This document shows positions 10,748 through 24,099 of a stretch of 64,000 nt of DNA, one piece after another (positions within the stretch are counted from its first letter, which is position 1; each line of letters begins with the position of its first letter). The notes beneath the pieces were generated by a model. The model saw nothing but the letters and a program-made list of their open reading frames with translations. It made no database searches and was not told the DNA's origin. Where the stretch lies: assembly GCA_009103225.1 (NCBI GenBank), contig RHPI01000797.1:1162705-1226704 (forward strand), written 5' to 3'. A program made the translations under genes and the position numbers. The DNA is from Chlorokybus atmophyticus. Lineage: Eukaryota; Plantae; Mesostigma and Chlorokybus algae.

Positions 10748-12773
10748 TGTCCTCCTTCAGAGGCAACAACCTCTGGCTGCCAAACTTCCTGCACGTGTTA
10801 TGGATCAGAACATAGAGGTGCAAGTGCAGTGAAAGGAAGCCTATTTGACACACGGCTCGGGCTCCGTGCATGCAAATGGTCAGCGTGGCTGCTGCTGCTA
10901 TATGTTGCTGGGTGCAAAAGGCAAGGCAAACGTGATAGCGCTGTGCGGCCTGCCTGCCCCGTGACAAGACTGCACAAATACTCTGCCATGCCAGCGACAG
11001 CGACTCACCTCTGGAGCTGACCTTGCACGCCTCACCCGTCCCCTCGTCCTCTTCCTCGCCTTCCTCCCCGTCCGCCTCAGCCTCTGGCGGAGGAGGCGCC
11101 TCTGCCCCCGCCACACCTACAGCTCCCTCCCCCAGCCTCCCGTTAGTTCAGTCGGCTGACGCTCCAGCTGGCTCCTCCACTGCAACTCTGCTTGCAAGGC
11201 TGGCTGCAAAGCAATGACTGCGTCAATGCATGCCACATCGTGATGTTACTCACAGACGTAACTCGCAGCACTCGCAGTCAAAACCTTCAGCTGCCAAGCA
11301 CACGTGAGTCTTGCCAGCGCTTAGCTTGGACCGGCCTGGCCTGGCCTGGTCTTGCCTGGCTTGGTGCCAGGCCGGGCATGCACTGCGTCACTGCAAGGTT
11401 GAGTGCCAGTCAGCTGTCTTATTCTCACCGCAAGGTGGAGGAGCGCATGGATAAAGTCGCCGGCGCCTGCGCTGAGAGTGATGGCGTCGCTGCTCCTAGC
11501 CCTGCTTATACAGCTCAAACCACCAACCCACCAACCCACCCCCCACGCACCCAGCCAGCCACCCACTCGCCGCCGCTGCCGCCGCCCGTCACACCAGCAG
11601 CGGCAGCAGCAGCGACAGTGTGGACTACGTCACTGAAGAGGAGTGCTGCGCGGGAGGCTCTCCCTGCGACAATTGCCATTTGTTATGACACTTCATTCTG
11701 CATGCCTGGGGCAAGTGTTATGCAGCGGCTTGTCGGCTAGCCGGGGCAAAATAACGTTTTCATAGGGCGGACAAAATGTCCAAAAACCAACATAGAGCGC
11801 GAAGTTCGAGAAAAACCAAGATATTTCCAGAGGTTTGCGCCCGTCCATGCGCCGACATTCGAGTTTTTACAGCATGGCGGCCCTATGTATACCCAGTGAA
11901 CTAGGCTGTTGCGGTGAAGTAAACTCGCTTGTAAGTATGCAAAATATATGCAGTAAAGTCCAAATAACGGGGGCGCATAGCCCGATCTCTCCATCCACAA
12001 TGCGGTTAATTACCGCTGGTTACAAGTTGGTTACGTGTGTTAGAGTCTTGACGGGACGTGAAACGATAACGATAAACTAAGAGGTTTCTAACTCGGACCT
12101 TAATACCTTAATACCTTTTCATGTATATATGCAGTAATAACAGTTTTTAATTATACTCAAGCTCCCCAATCCGCATACCACATACCTGATGTGATCATAT
12201 GTACGTTACGTACAACGATAACACTAGCGAATATGCAGGTGATAGCTTGCAATACATGATCCACATCATAAATATGCAGGCATATATTGGCATAAATACC
12301 GCATATTTGTACCCGATACATATAAAAACATGACTTGATAAGCCTTATCGTACATTTTTTTACACACACGTACACTGGTGTGCGTATGTGCCGCATTGTA
12401 TGTGTTGATGTCCCATCACTTCAACTACATGTTCATTTTATATAAATATATTCAATATGTGCGGAAACTGTACAACACGGCATTATAGGAGGTATGATAT
12501 ATATTATGATAGCGCTTTTCAAGCCTAGACTTGCCGGTCACCATGCTGTAACAAGTACAGCTGTGAATGTTACATAATGCGCTACAATACGTGTAAACCT
12601 TCAATTACAACACACCTTCATAGGAGAGCATCCAAAGAAGGAGCTACAGATGACCACGCGCTCAATCACCTCCAGCTGATCAAAGGCCCTCTTTGAATTT
12701 GTTGCTCTGATATATAATTTTTTGAATTTGCTAAGCACTTTTTACCTGGCAGGTAAGAGCCTTTTGCTTAGAA

Positions 12774-12797
12774 GGGGGGGGGGGGGGGGGGGGGGGN
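12774..12797. other. Poly-G run ending at an N; probable sequencing or assembly artefact
   Basis: 23 consecutive G followed by N. Confidence 0.8.
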
Positions 12798-13084
12798 CTC
12801 GGCTATACTAGGGGGTATAGCTCCATAAATACATTTGCATGCATGCAACCATTACATGGCATGTTATGCACGTTATAATGTAAGCTTATACCTTGCTACC
12901 GACACTAGCCAAACCAAAAAAGTCGGTTGTGTTATGCCACGCAAGAGGACCTGTTATACAAGCACGCATGTGTCAGTGAGAGATGTGTGCGTATGTCCGC
13001 GCGCGTGTGCATGCGAGAGAGGGTGAGACTGACAATGTGCGAGTGCGTGCGTGCTCATGTGTGTGTGCGTGCGTGCGTGCGTGC

Positions 13085-13803
<719 letters not shown>

Positions 13804-14029
13804 TGCTATTATTGATGTTGTGGTGATGGTGATTGTGCGCGTGTGGTGTGTATGAGTTGTGTGGAAAAGACAATGAGATGGAGACGAAGTGCTTGTGCGT
13901 GCGTCAGCGTTGTTCTTGCTGTTACATGAGCACGCGCGTGCGCGCATGAGAGTGTGTCTGGCATTGTGTGTCCGTGTATGTGCACATGCGTTGTGATGGC
14001 AACTGGTTGGTGAAAGTAATATACGAGTT

Positions 14030-15360
14030 CACAACTTATCGACACCAAGTTGGTCCGTCCCAGCAATGCCGCTTACACCATCGCGTGTGCAATTGAACAC
14101 AACATTGCCGACGACACATGGCACAATCGCGAGATGATGTGCGAAGAACTTGTTCCAATCGCGAGCATCTGGCTCGCAAATGCGGCCAGCACCACCCCAT
14201 GTCACATTGACAAAGCCAGGTTGGCAAAGTGCCAATAGCATGTCCTGATTGTTGCAATTGCATCACAGCATTAGTATCATATTGAGAAGTGCGCTCCGAA
14301 TGGGAGTGTTGGCTTACCGTTGATATATAGCGCGCAAAGTTGTGTCGTGAGGCGTCGTAATCCGATTCAAACCAATACGAGTCGCACAAAAATTGTGTAA
14401 TAACCGCAATGATATCCACTGTAGAGCAGCCATGCGCGTCTGTACACTCGTACTCTCTAATAAACGCGTAACAAGTTAGACGCTGTATTCCAAGAGGCAA
14501 TTACACAAGAAATTGGATGAGCAGCTCACCCAATTATGTGCTTATGCTAGGGTGAATCTGCTCCATGCAAAGACTGTGATAGCTCACAACGCGTAATGCA
14601 GAATGCATTGCGCCTGCAGCGTAGTCGCAGCGTTATAAGAGTGCAATTGCAGTTTTGGTGATGCGAAGGCATTAGCCACTTACATGTTCAATTCCCGAGC
14701 AACCAATTCGCATATCTCTGAGATGTTGCGCTTTCTGTTGCCGCCGAACAATATTTGCGAGTTCAACAGAGGTGCTAAAGGAAGCCCAGCACATTTTGCC
14801 CATTGCTGACAAGCGAGAGGTTGAGTGAAAAAGTACACAACTGACAAAATCCACATGTCCTGCTGCAACTATATAAAAGACTACCGTCAATGCACAACAA
14901 TCACACATACGTATGTGTAAGGTTAAAGGTAAACACACTTACTTGCATATCTGGACCGCAATCACATATCCCGGTTGCCTTCAACCATAATGGATACATT
15001 AGCAAACTATCCCATCGGTTAAGATGTACGTGTGGGTGGGCGTGCACATGCCAGTATGCCTGATTGATTGCCGTACTACAGTCCAGGACAACTAGCTTTC
15101 CACCACGCTTGTGACCCTTGAACTGCAAAACCAAACTCATGCGGCTTTGTCCGGCACCTGACAATAGTGCAAAGGTAAGAAACAATTGATACTGTGAGCA
15201 AGACTTGTAATATAGAGTGTACTTGTAAGAGTGACACAAAAATTTTAAGCCATGTAGCGCCGTCGCTATGGCCACAGAGGGTGGGCAAGCCACTCTCTAC
15301 TGAAACCAAGCCGTCTACAAGTGGCTCACACTGTGCACGCAAAACAAATGCAAGATGCAA
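14030..15360 (-). mobile_element. Highly degraded transposase-like remnant, possibly KDZ/CxC-type
   Basis: Fragmentary motifs ICDCGPDMQ|...LLCIDGSL and *HGVVLAAF, with many stops and frameshifts. It shares a DNA segment (15254-15360) with 37232-37440. Confidence 0.35.
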
Positions 15361-16640
15361 TCAACGCGTACAAGTGTATCATATCTCATGAACGGGTACA
15401 AGCCAACCGCAAGCAAATAACATATAGGTTGGTCACTATATTGCGCTATGTAATTGAGGGAGTACTTGACACCGAACACGGTGGCGCGGCAATGTCTTGA
15501 AACCAGTCAACACACGCAGCAGTAGCCAAATAGAAAATGTCACCCCATCTCCTGCAAAGGCACATGTGCTTAGCTAAGAAATCTATAGTAGTTTAACCAC
15601 CTTGTGCTCTACAGAATGGTAACACATCATGTACCTTGCGAATGTTCTAAAATGAGACATAAATTCTTGGCGCGCTTGTGGAAACCTAACACCCTCGAAC
15701 CTTCACGCTTGATGACGCCTCGGATATCGTAATGGCGGTTTTTATCGTTCAGCGATCTAACTAATTTCTCATTCGGCTGCTTGCGGGCAGTGCGATATGC
15801 ACGATGCAGATACGTGTGTGTGAGGTGAACTGCGAGTGGATCTTGCGCTGCATGGCGCATACTTCCTGAGCTTCGGGCATTTAAACAATTACACATTGTC
15901 AATAACACATCATACAAGGCAATTCTCATGCAATCTGTAGTCAGTGGGTTTGTGTGTGTGCGCATTCATATGCACAACATGCAAAGAGCACAATTGAAAG
16001 CACTAGCGCGCGAGAGTACACCGCACACGCAACAACACCTTTGTTTGAAACTTTTCGGTTGCCCCCGACGTCCAACACCACCAGATATGCATTGTTTGGA
16101 ACACCTGCGCGCAAGCGTGTGAGCGTATGCGCAAGCGCGTGCGAGGGAGACAGAGAGAGAGAGGCAGAGAGAGAGAGGGAGAGAGAGAGGAAGAGGGCTC
16201 ACTAGATGCCGACAAGGACTGCGCGCAAGCACCTACTACGCCACACTCTATCGAGCGCGCACTCTTGTATGACGGCAAGGGCGCATCAGCAAGGCGCGCA
16301 AGGGCACATATGGCAATTCGCATGTGAGTACAATCGCATTGAACTTGATGCTTAGATATGTGTGCGTGCTTGAGCGTTAACGTGCTTGCGAACATGTATG
16401 CATGCATTGGTATGTGTGCACGATGGTGTGCATGCATATGTGTCAGATCGCTAGCCTGTGTGCGCTCGTATGGGTGCGCATCCGTGTGCATGTGACGAAA
16501 CGCCAATGCGCATGACAAACCACACATGTATACACCTATATGGTGTAGGAAGCCAGCACTATGAGAGGTTGACTGTGACTGAATTGATGTCTACCTACTG
16601 GGGCAGGCCACCAACGACCATAACAAGATTGGTGCGGCCG

Positions 16641-16723
16641 GCCATCTTCAATTCAACCTCTGTATGCACGCCTGCTCAATACGCCATCTTCACTTCAACC
16701 TCCATATGCACGCCTGCTCAATA
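16641..16723 (+). repeat. 42-bp tandem duplication
   Basis: GCCATCTTCA(A/C)TTCAACCTC(TG/CA)TATGCACGCCTGCTCAATA occurs twice. Confidence 0.85.
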
Positions 16724-16819
16724 GGACACAGTTAACATACAACGAGAGAAGAACTAACTGCATGACCGACACAGTGCGTGGTGGAGTGTTTGAAGATGAG
16801 TAAGTGTGTGTTCATGCTT

Positions 16820-17610
16820 GTGCGTGTGCGTGCGTGTGTAGTTGTTGTTCTTGTTGTGTGTGCGCGCGTGTGTGTACGTATGTGCGTAGAAAGGAGCTTG
16901 ACTGGCTGAGTGCGTGTGTGCGTGTGTTGTGGTGGTGGTGGTGGTGGTGGTGTGTGTGCATGGAACAGATCAGGACTGACTGAGTGCGAGTGCGAGTGCC
17001 AGTGCCAGTGCCAGTGCGCGTGTGTGTGTGCGCGTGTGTGTGCGTGTGTACGTGTTGTGGTTGTTGTTGTTGTTGTTACTGGTGCTGGTGTTGCTTTGTG
17101 TGCGTGTGTGTGAGTGACAAACACTGTGTTTGTACATTATGGTACAGATTCCGTGTGTGTGAATGCTCCTGTGCTACTCCTTCACGACCACTTACCTGTG
17201 CACAAATGCGGGAGAAGAGAGGAGAGCCAGGAACAAGGCAGCAGTGCTGTGCTGGATCGTAGGCAGTGCCAGTGCGGTAGTGCTGGCTGGAGCAGGGTGG
17301 GCGAAGAGGGGAGGAGGTGTAGGACAATGCCTACAGAAAAAAGCACATGATTAACAACAATTGGTTGTTGTTAATCATGTGCTTTTTTCTTATTCTTGTT
17401 GTGTGTGCGCGCGTGTGTGTACATGTGTGCGTAGACAAGAGCTTGACTGGCTGTGCGTGTTGTGGTGGTGGTGGTGGTGGTGGTGGTGTGTGTGCATGAA
17501 ACAGAACGGGACTGACTTAGTGCGAGTGCGAGTGCGCGTGCGTGCGTGTGTACGTGTGTACGTTTTGTTGTTGTTGTGGTGGTGGTGGTTGTTATGGTTG
17601 TGGTTGTGGA
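16820..17610. repeat. Compound GT/GGT/GTT simple-repeat region containing a diverged direct duplication (about 16855-17000 vs 17399-17540)
   Basis: Both copies carry GAGCTTGACTGGCTG...(GGT)n...GTGTGCATG(G/A)AACAGA...GGACTGACT...GTGCGAGTGCGAGTG. Confidence 0.8.
17335..17390. repeat. Perfect 26-bp inverted repeat with a 4-nt spacer
   Basis: AGAAAAAAGCACATGATTAACAACAA-ttgg-TTGTTGTTAATCATGTGCTTTTTTCT. Confidence 0.95.
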
Positions 17611-18076
17611 AAAAAGCCATTGCCGCCCACAGCGCCGCCACGACGCCAACGCCGCTGTGGCCAGAGGTGTCACTGTCTGCACTGTGCAGTCACACAAGCC
17701 ATCATCCGCAGTCAATGTGTGTGTGTCCGTGTGCGTCAACTGCACATTCCCACAACCACACAACCAGCTCACCCCTCACCCCTGACCTCGTCGCCATCGC
17801 CCCGCCACCGCTGAGTCAGCAGATGCACGCCTAAAGAGTCTTTTATTAAGATGAATGGCTGTCAAGTAAACACAACATCGAAAGCTTTATGGAAAGCGAT
17901 TATGGACAGGAGATAGTATGATGTTATGCTTGAAAGGATTTTCTTGAAGACTCTGATCGACGGCGTCAATCTGACTGGGCATGTGCCAGCAGAAGCGGAC
18001 GCAAAGCTTTGTGTGCAATCTTTGTTTACTTATTTTCAAGGGTATTCACTATCTGAGCACCCCACGCTAAAAACAA

Positions 18077-18134
18077 TTGTCTGTGATGCGGGGCCCCCGA
18101 TGCAGGGTTTTCGGGGGCCCCGCATCACAGACAA
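18077..18134. repeat. Perfect 24-bp GC-rich inverted repeat with a 10-nt loop, extending imperfectly to about 18055-18165
   Basis: TTGTCTGTGATGCGGGGCCCCCGA / TCGGGGGCCCCGCATCACAGACAA. Confidence 0.95.
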
Positions 18135-18193
18135 ATGTTAAGTTTTCAGCGTGGTCGGGTGCTGCGGGCCCCCGAACGTGCTTTTCGCTCACG

Positions 18194-18435
<242 letters not shown>

Positions 18436-19145
18436 GGGCACACAGCGCTGGGTGCGCGCTGCCGTGCGGAACATTGGCGGCAAGGCAACGCCGGGGTGAG
18501 CGGCAAAAGCAAACCGACAGCTAGGCGCAGCATCGACGCCGGCCGCCAATTAATGTCAGGGCCCGCGCCTTGTCGGGCGTCGACACGCCGTTGTCGACCT
18601 TGGTGCCAAGACGATCTTGGCAAGATCCTCCTTGCAGCTCCGGGACCAGTCGCGACTTGCAGGTACCGTATCTAGCGCATACCGTACTAAGGTACGGTTT
18701 AGCATGGCAGGCCGCCAGTGTCAATGCTGTCATTGGCCGCCACGAATGTCTCTGATAACATTTTGCGGTGGACACCGCCGGTGAAAAGTACCGCCGGTTG
18801 ATAATGTCACATGACATGATTGGGGCTTGCCGAAGCATGAGATCGCGGATGTAACGCCGCCGCCGTTTCGCCGTCGCATGACAGATATGCCCGCTGCCTC
18901 TGCAGACGGCCGCCCGGCGCGGCTGGCAAAAAGCATCTTCATGCATGCGGCTCAGCGGCCGCGCGAACCTGTTTGTATAGCGGGGAACCATCTCAGCAGC
19001 AGCAGCAGCAGGTAGTCTCTGCGTGTCGTTGTAGGCGTTGCACTTGTGTCTGGCGTCGCTGCCCGTCTTCACAATTCAGTGCCTGGGCTGGTTGTGAGGG
19101 CAGCGTGGCGGGAGCAGAGCGAGTGCCCAGCAGGGCTTCCCCGGC

Positions 19146-22100
19146 ATGGCTTCCCCGGCATGGCCACAACTCTGCTTGTGTGCAGTGCTGCTGGCTACAG
19201 ACGCACTCACAGGTAACCGTATGCACGCAACGCAACGCACACATACTCGCTTTGAACTTATGCAGCACGCAATGCGCAGGCGCGTTCGCGGCTGCGTGCG
19301 CCAGTGCTACCTCCGTGAGCGTTCCGAGCTGGCCTTCAGTACCGGTGGATGCCGGAGTTGGCGTAGCAGTGACAAGATGCTGCGTCAACGACATTGGCAA
19401 CAGCTTCGTGGCTGCTTTCACCATGCAAATAGCGGGTCAGTACTGGACTGATGGCGTCCCGAACCCGGCCTGGACGACGCACGGCAACTACTTTATCAAC
19501 AGCCTGGAAGCCGTCTGCAGTGACCACACCGCTCCCGAGCCCCTCACACCAAATGCAGGCAGTTCTTCGTGCCCCACAACACCTGCGCCGAGCAACCTGC
19601 TGCCCTTCTTCTGGCCCGCATTCCATGTTCAGTCGCCAGCCTACGGCTGGAGCTCTTTCACCATGAGGTTCGTGCATAGCACTTCTTAGCATCTTGGTGC
19701 GCACGCATGCAAGCATGTTTATGTACAAACAGGCACACACACGCGAATATACGATTATATGGATACGCGAAATCCACCCCCCAACACAACTGTACACCCA
19801 CAGCCACCCACATGTACATACACACATGTATATGAATGTATGTGCATGTACTCATGTGTGTATACATGTGTGCGCAGATGGACACACGTGGGTTATCTTG
19901 TGTATGTGCGTGCTTGCATGCATGCGCGTGTGCGTGTATATGTATATACGCGCGTATGTGTGTGCTTTCACGCACGCGCGCGTGTGTGTTTGTTTAATGT
20001 TATGTACATATACACATATAAATGTATGCCCACGTGCCTGACGTTGTGTGCTTGCCATTGCTGCAGCACGAATGGTACCTGGGCTGTGGACTTGCTCGGT
20101 CAGTCTGCAAATTGGGAAAATCCCCGCCTGACGAGTGCGCAAGTCACATACTCATGCCCAGCGGGTCAACGCGTGGTTGGGTTTAAAGCAGTTCCTGGTT
20201 GTCGAAGTTTGGAAAACCTGCAGGTCTGAGAATTTTCGTTGTATACCACTGATATGTGCAGATTGGTATGCAATAGTAGTAGTGGCTAGCACAAATGCAT
20301 GCTGCAGCAACTGTCATGACCGTGTTGGTTATGATCTTTTAGTCATGGTGTGCAAGCACTCTTGAGCTGTACCCGAGCTTGTTTACATAAGTCTTGCAGC
20401 TCTGCGGGCTGTAACGTAGACGTCTGACTTGTTATGGTGATGGCGCTGCAGATGATTTGCGATTATGTTACTCCTCCACCAAGCCAGTCTCTACCTACTC
20501 AGTCAGGCAAGTTCTTACAACAGCATGTGCTGTCTTCGTTTTCAAGTGCTGTTGCCTCCCTAGCCGCAAGCATGCTGTGATCAGTCTTGTAGTAAAGCAT
20601 GCGTTCACACATGTGTGTGTTAGATGGTTCGTGACACCCGCGTGCTCCCTTGCAGACCCTCCAGCAGGGGCCGTTGGCGAGAACTGCGGCGTTTCTGTGC
20701 CTCTTTACTCAGCCATCGACTATACGGCAATGAAGGATGCAGCTCTTTTTCCGCCAAAAGCTTCATGCTGCCCCCCCGGCGTTTTCGTGGAGTTCCTATC
20801 GTGGACAGTCACACGGGTGCAATGCAATGACCCAAATGGCTGCAATGGCATCGCTGTTGATGGCTATGCAGGCACGGCAGCCAGTCCTGTCCCGCAGTAC
20901 ACGGTCGGGCTGATATCCGGCCAGTGCTTGGATGGCACCGTGCTCAGAACCGTGTCCCGCTACAATGTGCTGAATGGCGACGGCCCTGTGCCAACCACCT
21001 GCCCCGTGCAGTACGACGCCATTGATTCGGACGTGCGCTCGTACGCCTCCTCTCCTGTGCAGTACTTTGTCGCCTCAGCTACGTGCGTACTTTTACTTGC
21101 ACCAGCATCACTCTGCCACTCAGTTTATGACTTGATACAAGTACTTACTCAATGGCACTCGCTGTTTTTTGCAGCTCGTCACATGTTGTAACGAGCATGT
21201 TCTCTGCTAACGATACCGACTATCCCTGCCCTGACGGCTTTGCACTCTCTGGCTTCCAGGCTGCATCCGCATGCACTGGTATCACTCTTCTTGAGGTGTT
21301 TTGCTCCCCACTTGCGCCACCGCCTCTTCCTCCGCCTTCGCCCCCGCCTGCTGTCTACAATGGTAAGCTAAAACAATGCTTCTAACGGTTCAGATGAAGG
21401 ATTACTTGCAGACCTCTCGAACCCATTGTTGTATACTGCAAGTTAAACACTTTCGTTCCTTTAGCAAAGTATTTGGTCCGCTGCTGTTGCATGCAGGGGT
21501 TTGCAGTCCGCTGCTGCAGGCTGTTCCAGACCGGAGTTATACTGAAGTTTCACGCTCATGCTGTCCGGAGGGTTCCTTCATCTCGCAGCTTGAATTTGCC
21601 GTGAATCCAGGGTCAGACTCTTACCAACCTCCAGCCTATGAGGGCGTCGCTGCCTTCCTCTCAGGAATTCAAGGCACGTGCAGTGATGGCACACTGCTGC
21701 AGTCCATAGGTCAGATGCAAGCCAATGGCTGCGTTAATCGGTACGACTACAACTACACCGACTACGAATACGACATCATCTCCGGCACATTAGAGTACTA
21801 CAGCCTGGAGTCAACCACAGGCTGGAACAGCTTTGAGGTCAAGTAAGTCCCTTTCGCCTTTGCCTCGCTTCATGAGCGTTCATATTGCCGGTACTATAGA
21901 AGCAGGTGGCTAGCCTGACATGAGACGCTCTCATATAGCAATGTGTGGTGTACAGCGATTTGGAGACCACTATCGGAGCATTTGGCTTTGGTGACACGAG
22001 ATACCATTCCGACGAAACGAACTTTTCATGCTCTCAGTATGGCGCAATCTTTGTTGGTTATGGCGGTTATACTTTTGGCTGTGGAGTGTCTGCAGTCCAG

Positions 22101-22901
22101 GTGCTGCAAGCACATATGTAACGATTGTAAACTGTGTGGGGTTATCAATAGTAAGGCTGTTGACAGCAGCACTAACACAAAGATACGTGTGTGGCTGTGC
22201 AGATGCTTTGCGGGAATCCCAATCCGCCCTCTCCTCCACCTACCATGCATCCTCCCCCGCCTGCGCCGCCCCAACCTCCATTACCGCGCCCAAGCCCACC
22301 ACCTTCTCCACGTCCCTCGCACCCTCCCCCCAAGGCTCCGACAGCTTCGTCACCACCGACGCCACCACCCCACCCTCCACCAAGACAAACAGCTCCTGCC
22401 CCGCGCAGTGCCCCATCTCCTCCACCCCTGCACCCTTCTCCTGCTTCGCATCCTCCTCCCCCAAAGCCGTCGTTGCCACCGCCAATGCAGACACCACACC
22501 CACCACGCAGTCCACCGTCACAGCTATCGCCACCCCCGCGCAGAGTCCTCTCTCCTCCGCCCCTGCACCCTCCTTCCCAATTGCCACCGCCAGTGCAGAC
22601 ACCACACCCGCCACGCAGTCCACCGATACAGCTATCACCTCCCCCGCGCGGAGCTCTCTCTCCTCCGCCCCTGCACCCTCCTCCCCATTTGCCACCGCCA
22701 GTGCAGACACCCCACCCGCCACGCAGTCCACCGACACAGCTATCGCCGCCCCCGCGCAGAGTTCTCACTCCTCCGCCCCTGCACCCTCCTCCCCAAAAGA
22801 CGCTGTCACCACCGGCGGTGCAGACGCCACCCCACCCTCCACCGCGCCGTCCACCTCCCCCGCGGAGAAGTTTGTCTCCTCCGCCCCTGCCGCGTCGTTG
22901 A
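19146..22901 (+). CDS. Secreted chimeric glycoprotein: signal peptide, three Cys-rich beta-rich repeat domains (beta-prism/jacalin/VMO-I-like by pattern) and a Pro-rich extensin-like tail
   Basis: Phase-consistent 8-exon model starting MASPAWPQLCLCAVLLATDALT. Each domain has (R/S)CC...SF(V/I), a central (G/A)xCxD, and C(P/S)x(G/Y)..GF/GY..(L/V)(Q/E)xxC. The tail has SPPP motifs. Confidence 0.85.
22485..22815 (+). repeat. 108-bp (36-aa) tandem repeat, about 3 copies, in the Pro-rich tail
   Basis: GCAGACACC(A/C)CACCC recurs with 108-nt spacing; the unit reads TPHPPRSPPxQLSPPPRxxLSPPPLHPPxxLPPPVQ. Confidence 0.85.
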
Positions 22902-23911
22902 TAGTAGCTTTAACATCAAGTAGCTTGATGCCTGTGGTTGTATACACAATACCTAGGTTGTGTATTGGCTGTATTTACAACCAGGTAAACTGGCCGTTGG
23001 AGCAAAGCTAGTTGTTATACTGTTGTATGTGATTTCATGGTGAATTTCTTCTTGGGATGAGATAATTAATTGTTGATTGTTGACATTCTGCGTTTGCATC
23101 TCACCCACAATTGTTATAGCTTGAATTGTGTACCATGACACATACATTACACGACTGAGCATGCTTTCACAGCTTCCTTCTACCTCGACCATCTGCTTCA
23201 CTTCAAGCAGCAAACAAATCTTGGTACACTACACACGCTTATAAGTTTATCTCCAGCAACCGCCTTGGCAGTATACTCCAATATGGAAATAGTAATTATT
23301 TGTATATCCACTTGTTAAAGTCTGGTAGCGTGCATATTGCAAACATTTTGTGCATTGCAATACTGTCCAACACCCTTTTGCAACAGTATAAGAATCATTT
23401 ACACTCGCATCGCTATTATCTTGGTCATGCACTACACAATCAAACTACACTAACCTCGCGTTATATGGTAATGATCTTGTGTAATACAGTATTAGCATTG
23501 AACATTGTCAAGTTCTTCCCCTATTGGCTACAACTACGCTGCCCACTATGTCCACGCCCACGCCCACGCCCACGCTCACGCACCCGCCCCCGCCCACGTC
23601 CCTCGCTGCAAACATTGATGTCTTTCAATTTGTTTATGTTTTGCATTGCATATCGACGGTATACATAAACCGTAGATCTGAATGTGACCTTAAACTGAAC
23701 GGAACAATCGGTTGGCAAGCTGTGTGTTCATGCCTTGTCTTTAGAGGCCTTTTTACCGTCGGGCTCGGCTATACTAAATCAAGCTGCAATTGGCTAGGCT
23801 GGCAGCACCTTTATTGCATGCAGAGCGAGGGCTTCTGTAAAGTTGTACTAGACTAAACGAGGGTACATTGGACTGGGCTGATCTGCAATATTTGGAAAAA
23901 GATTTGCTGGT

Positions 23912-24020
23912 CTGCACTGCACTGCACTGCACTGCACTGCACTGCACTGCACTGCACTGCACTGCACTGGACTGAACTGGACTGGGCTGGACTGGGCTGG
24001 GCTGGGCTGCACTGGGCTGC
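23912..24020. repeat. Pentamer microsatellite (CTGCA)n grading into (CTGGA/CTGGG)n
   Basis: Direct reading. Confidence 0.9.
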
Positions 24021-24099
24021 ATCGCATACAGCTAATTCTGCAGTCAAAGGTAGGAAAGTAGGAAGGTAGGAAGGTTATCTAACTATCGACGGGGAGCAG

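Noticed and set aside
10748-10758. AGGAGG Shine-Dalgarno-like motif before the ATG at 10747 (bacterial origin?)
   Set aside because: Only 3-nt spacing, common in purine-rich sequence; an upstream spliceosomal-type intron argues for a normal eukaryotic 5' UTR.
11761-11887. hAT-like mini element with CATAGGGC/GCCCTATG ends
   Set aside because: Only an 8-bp inverted match and no 8-bp TSD.
14190-14241. MTHFR-like motif QPGFVNVTWGGAG
   Set aside because: Flanking sequence does not continue any MTHFR similarity and the region is a stop-ridden TE remnant.
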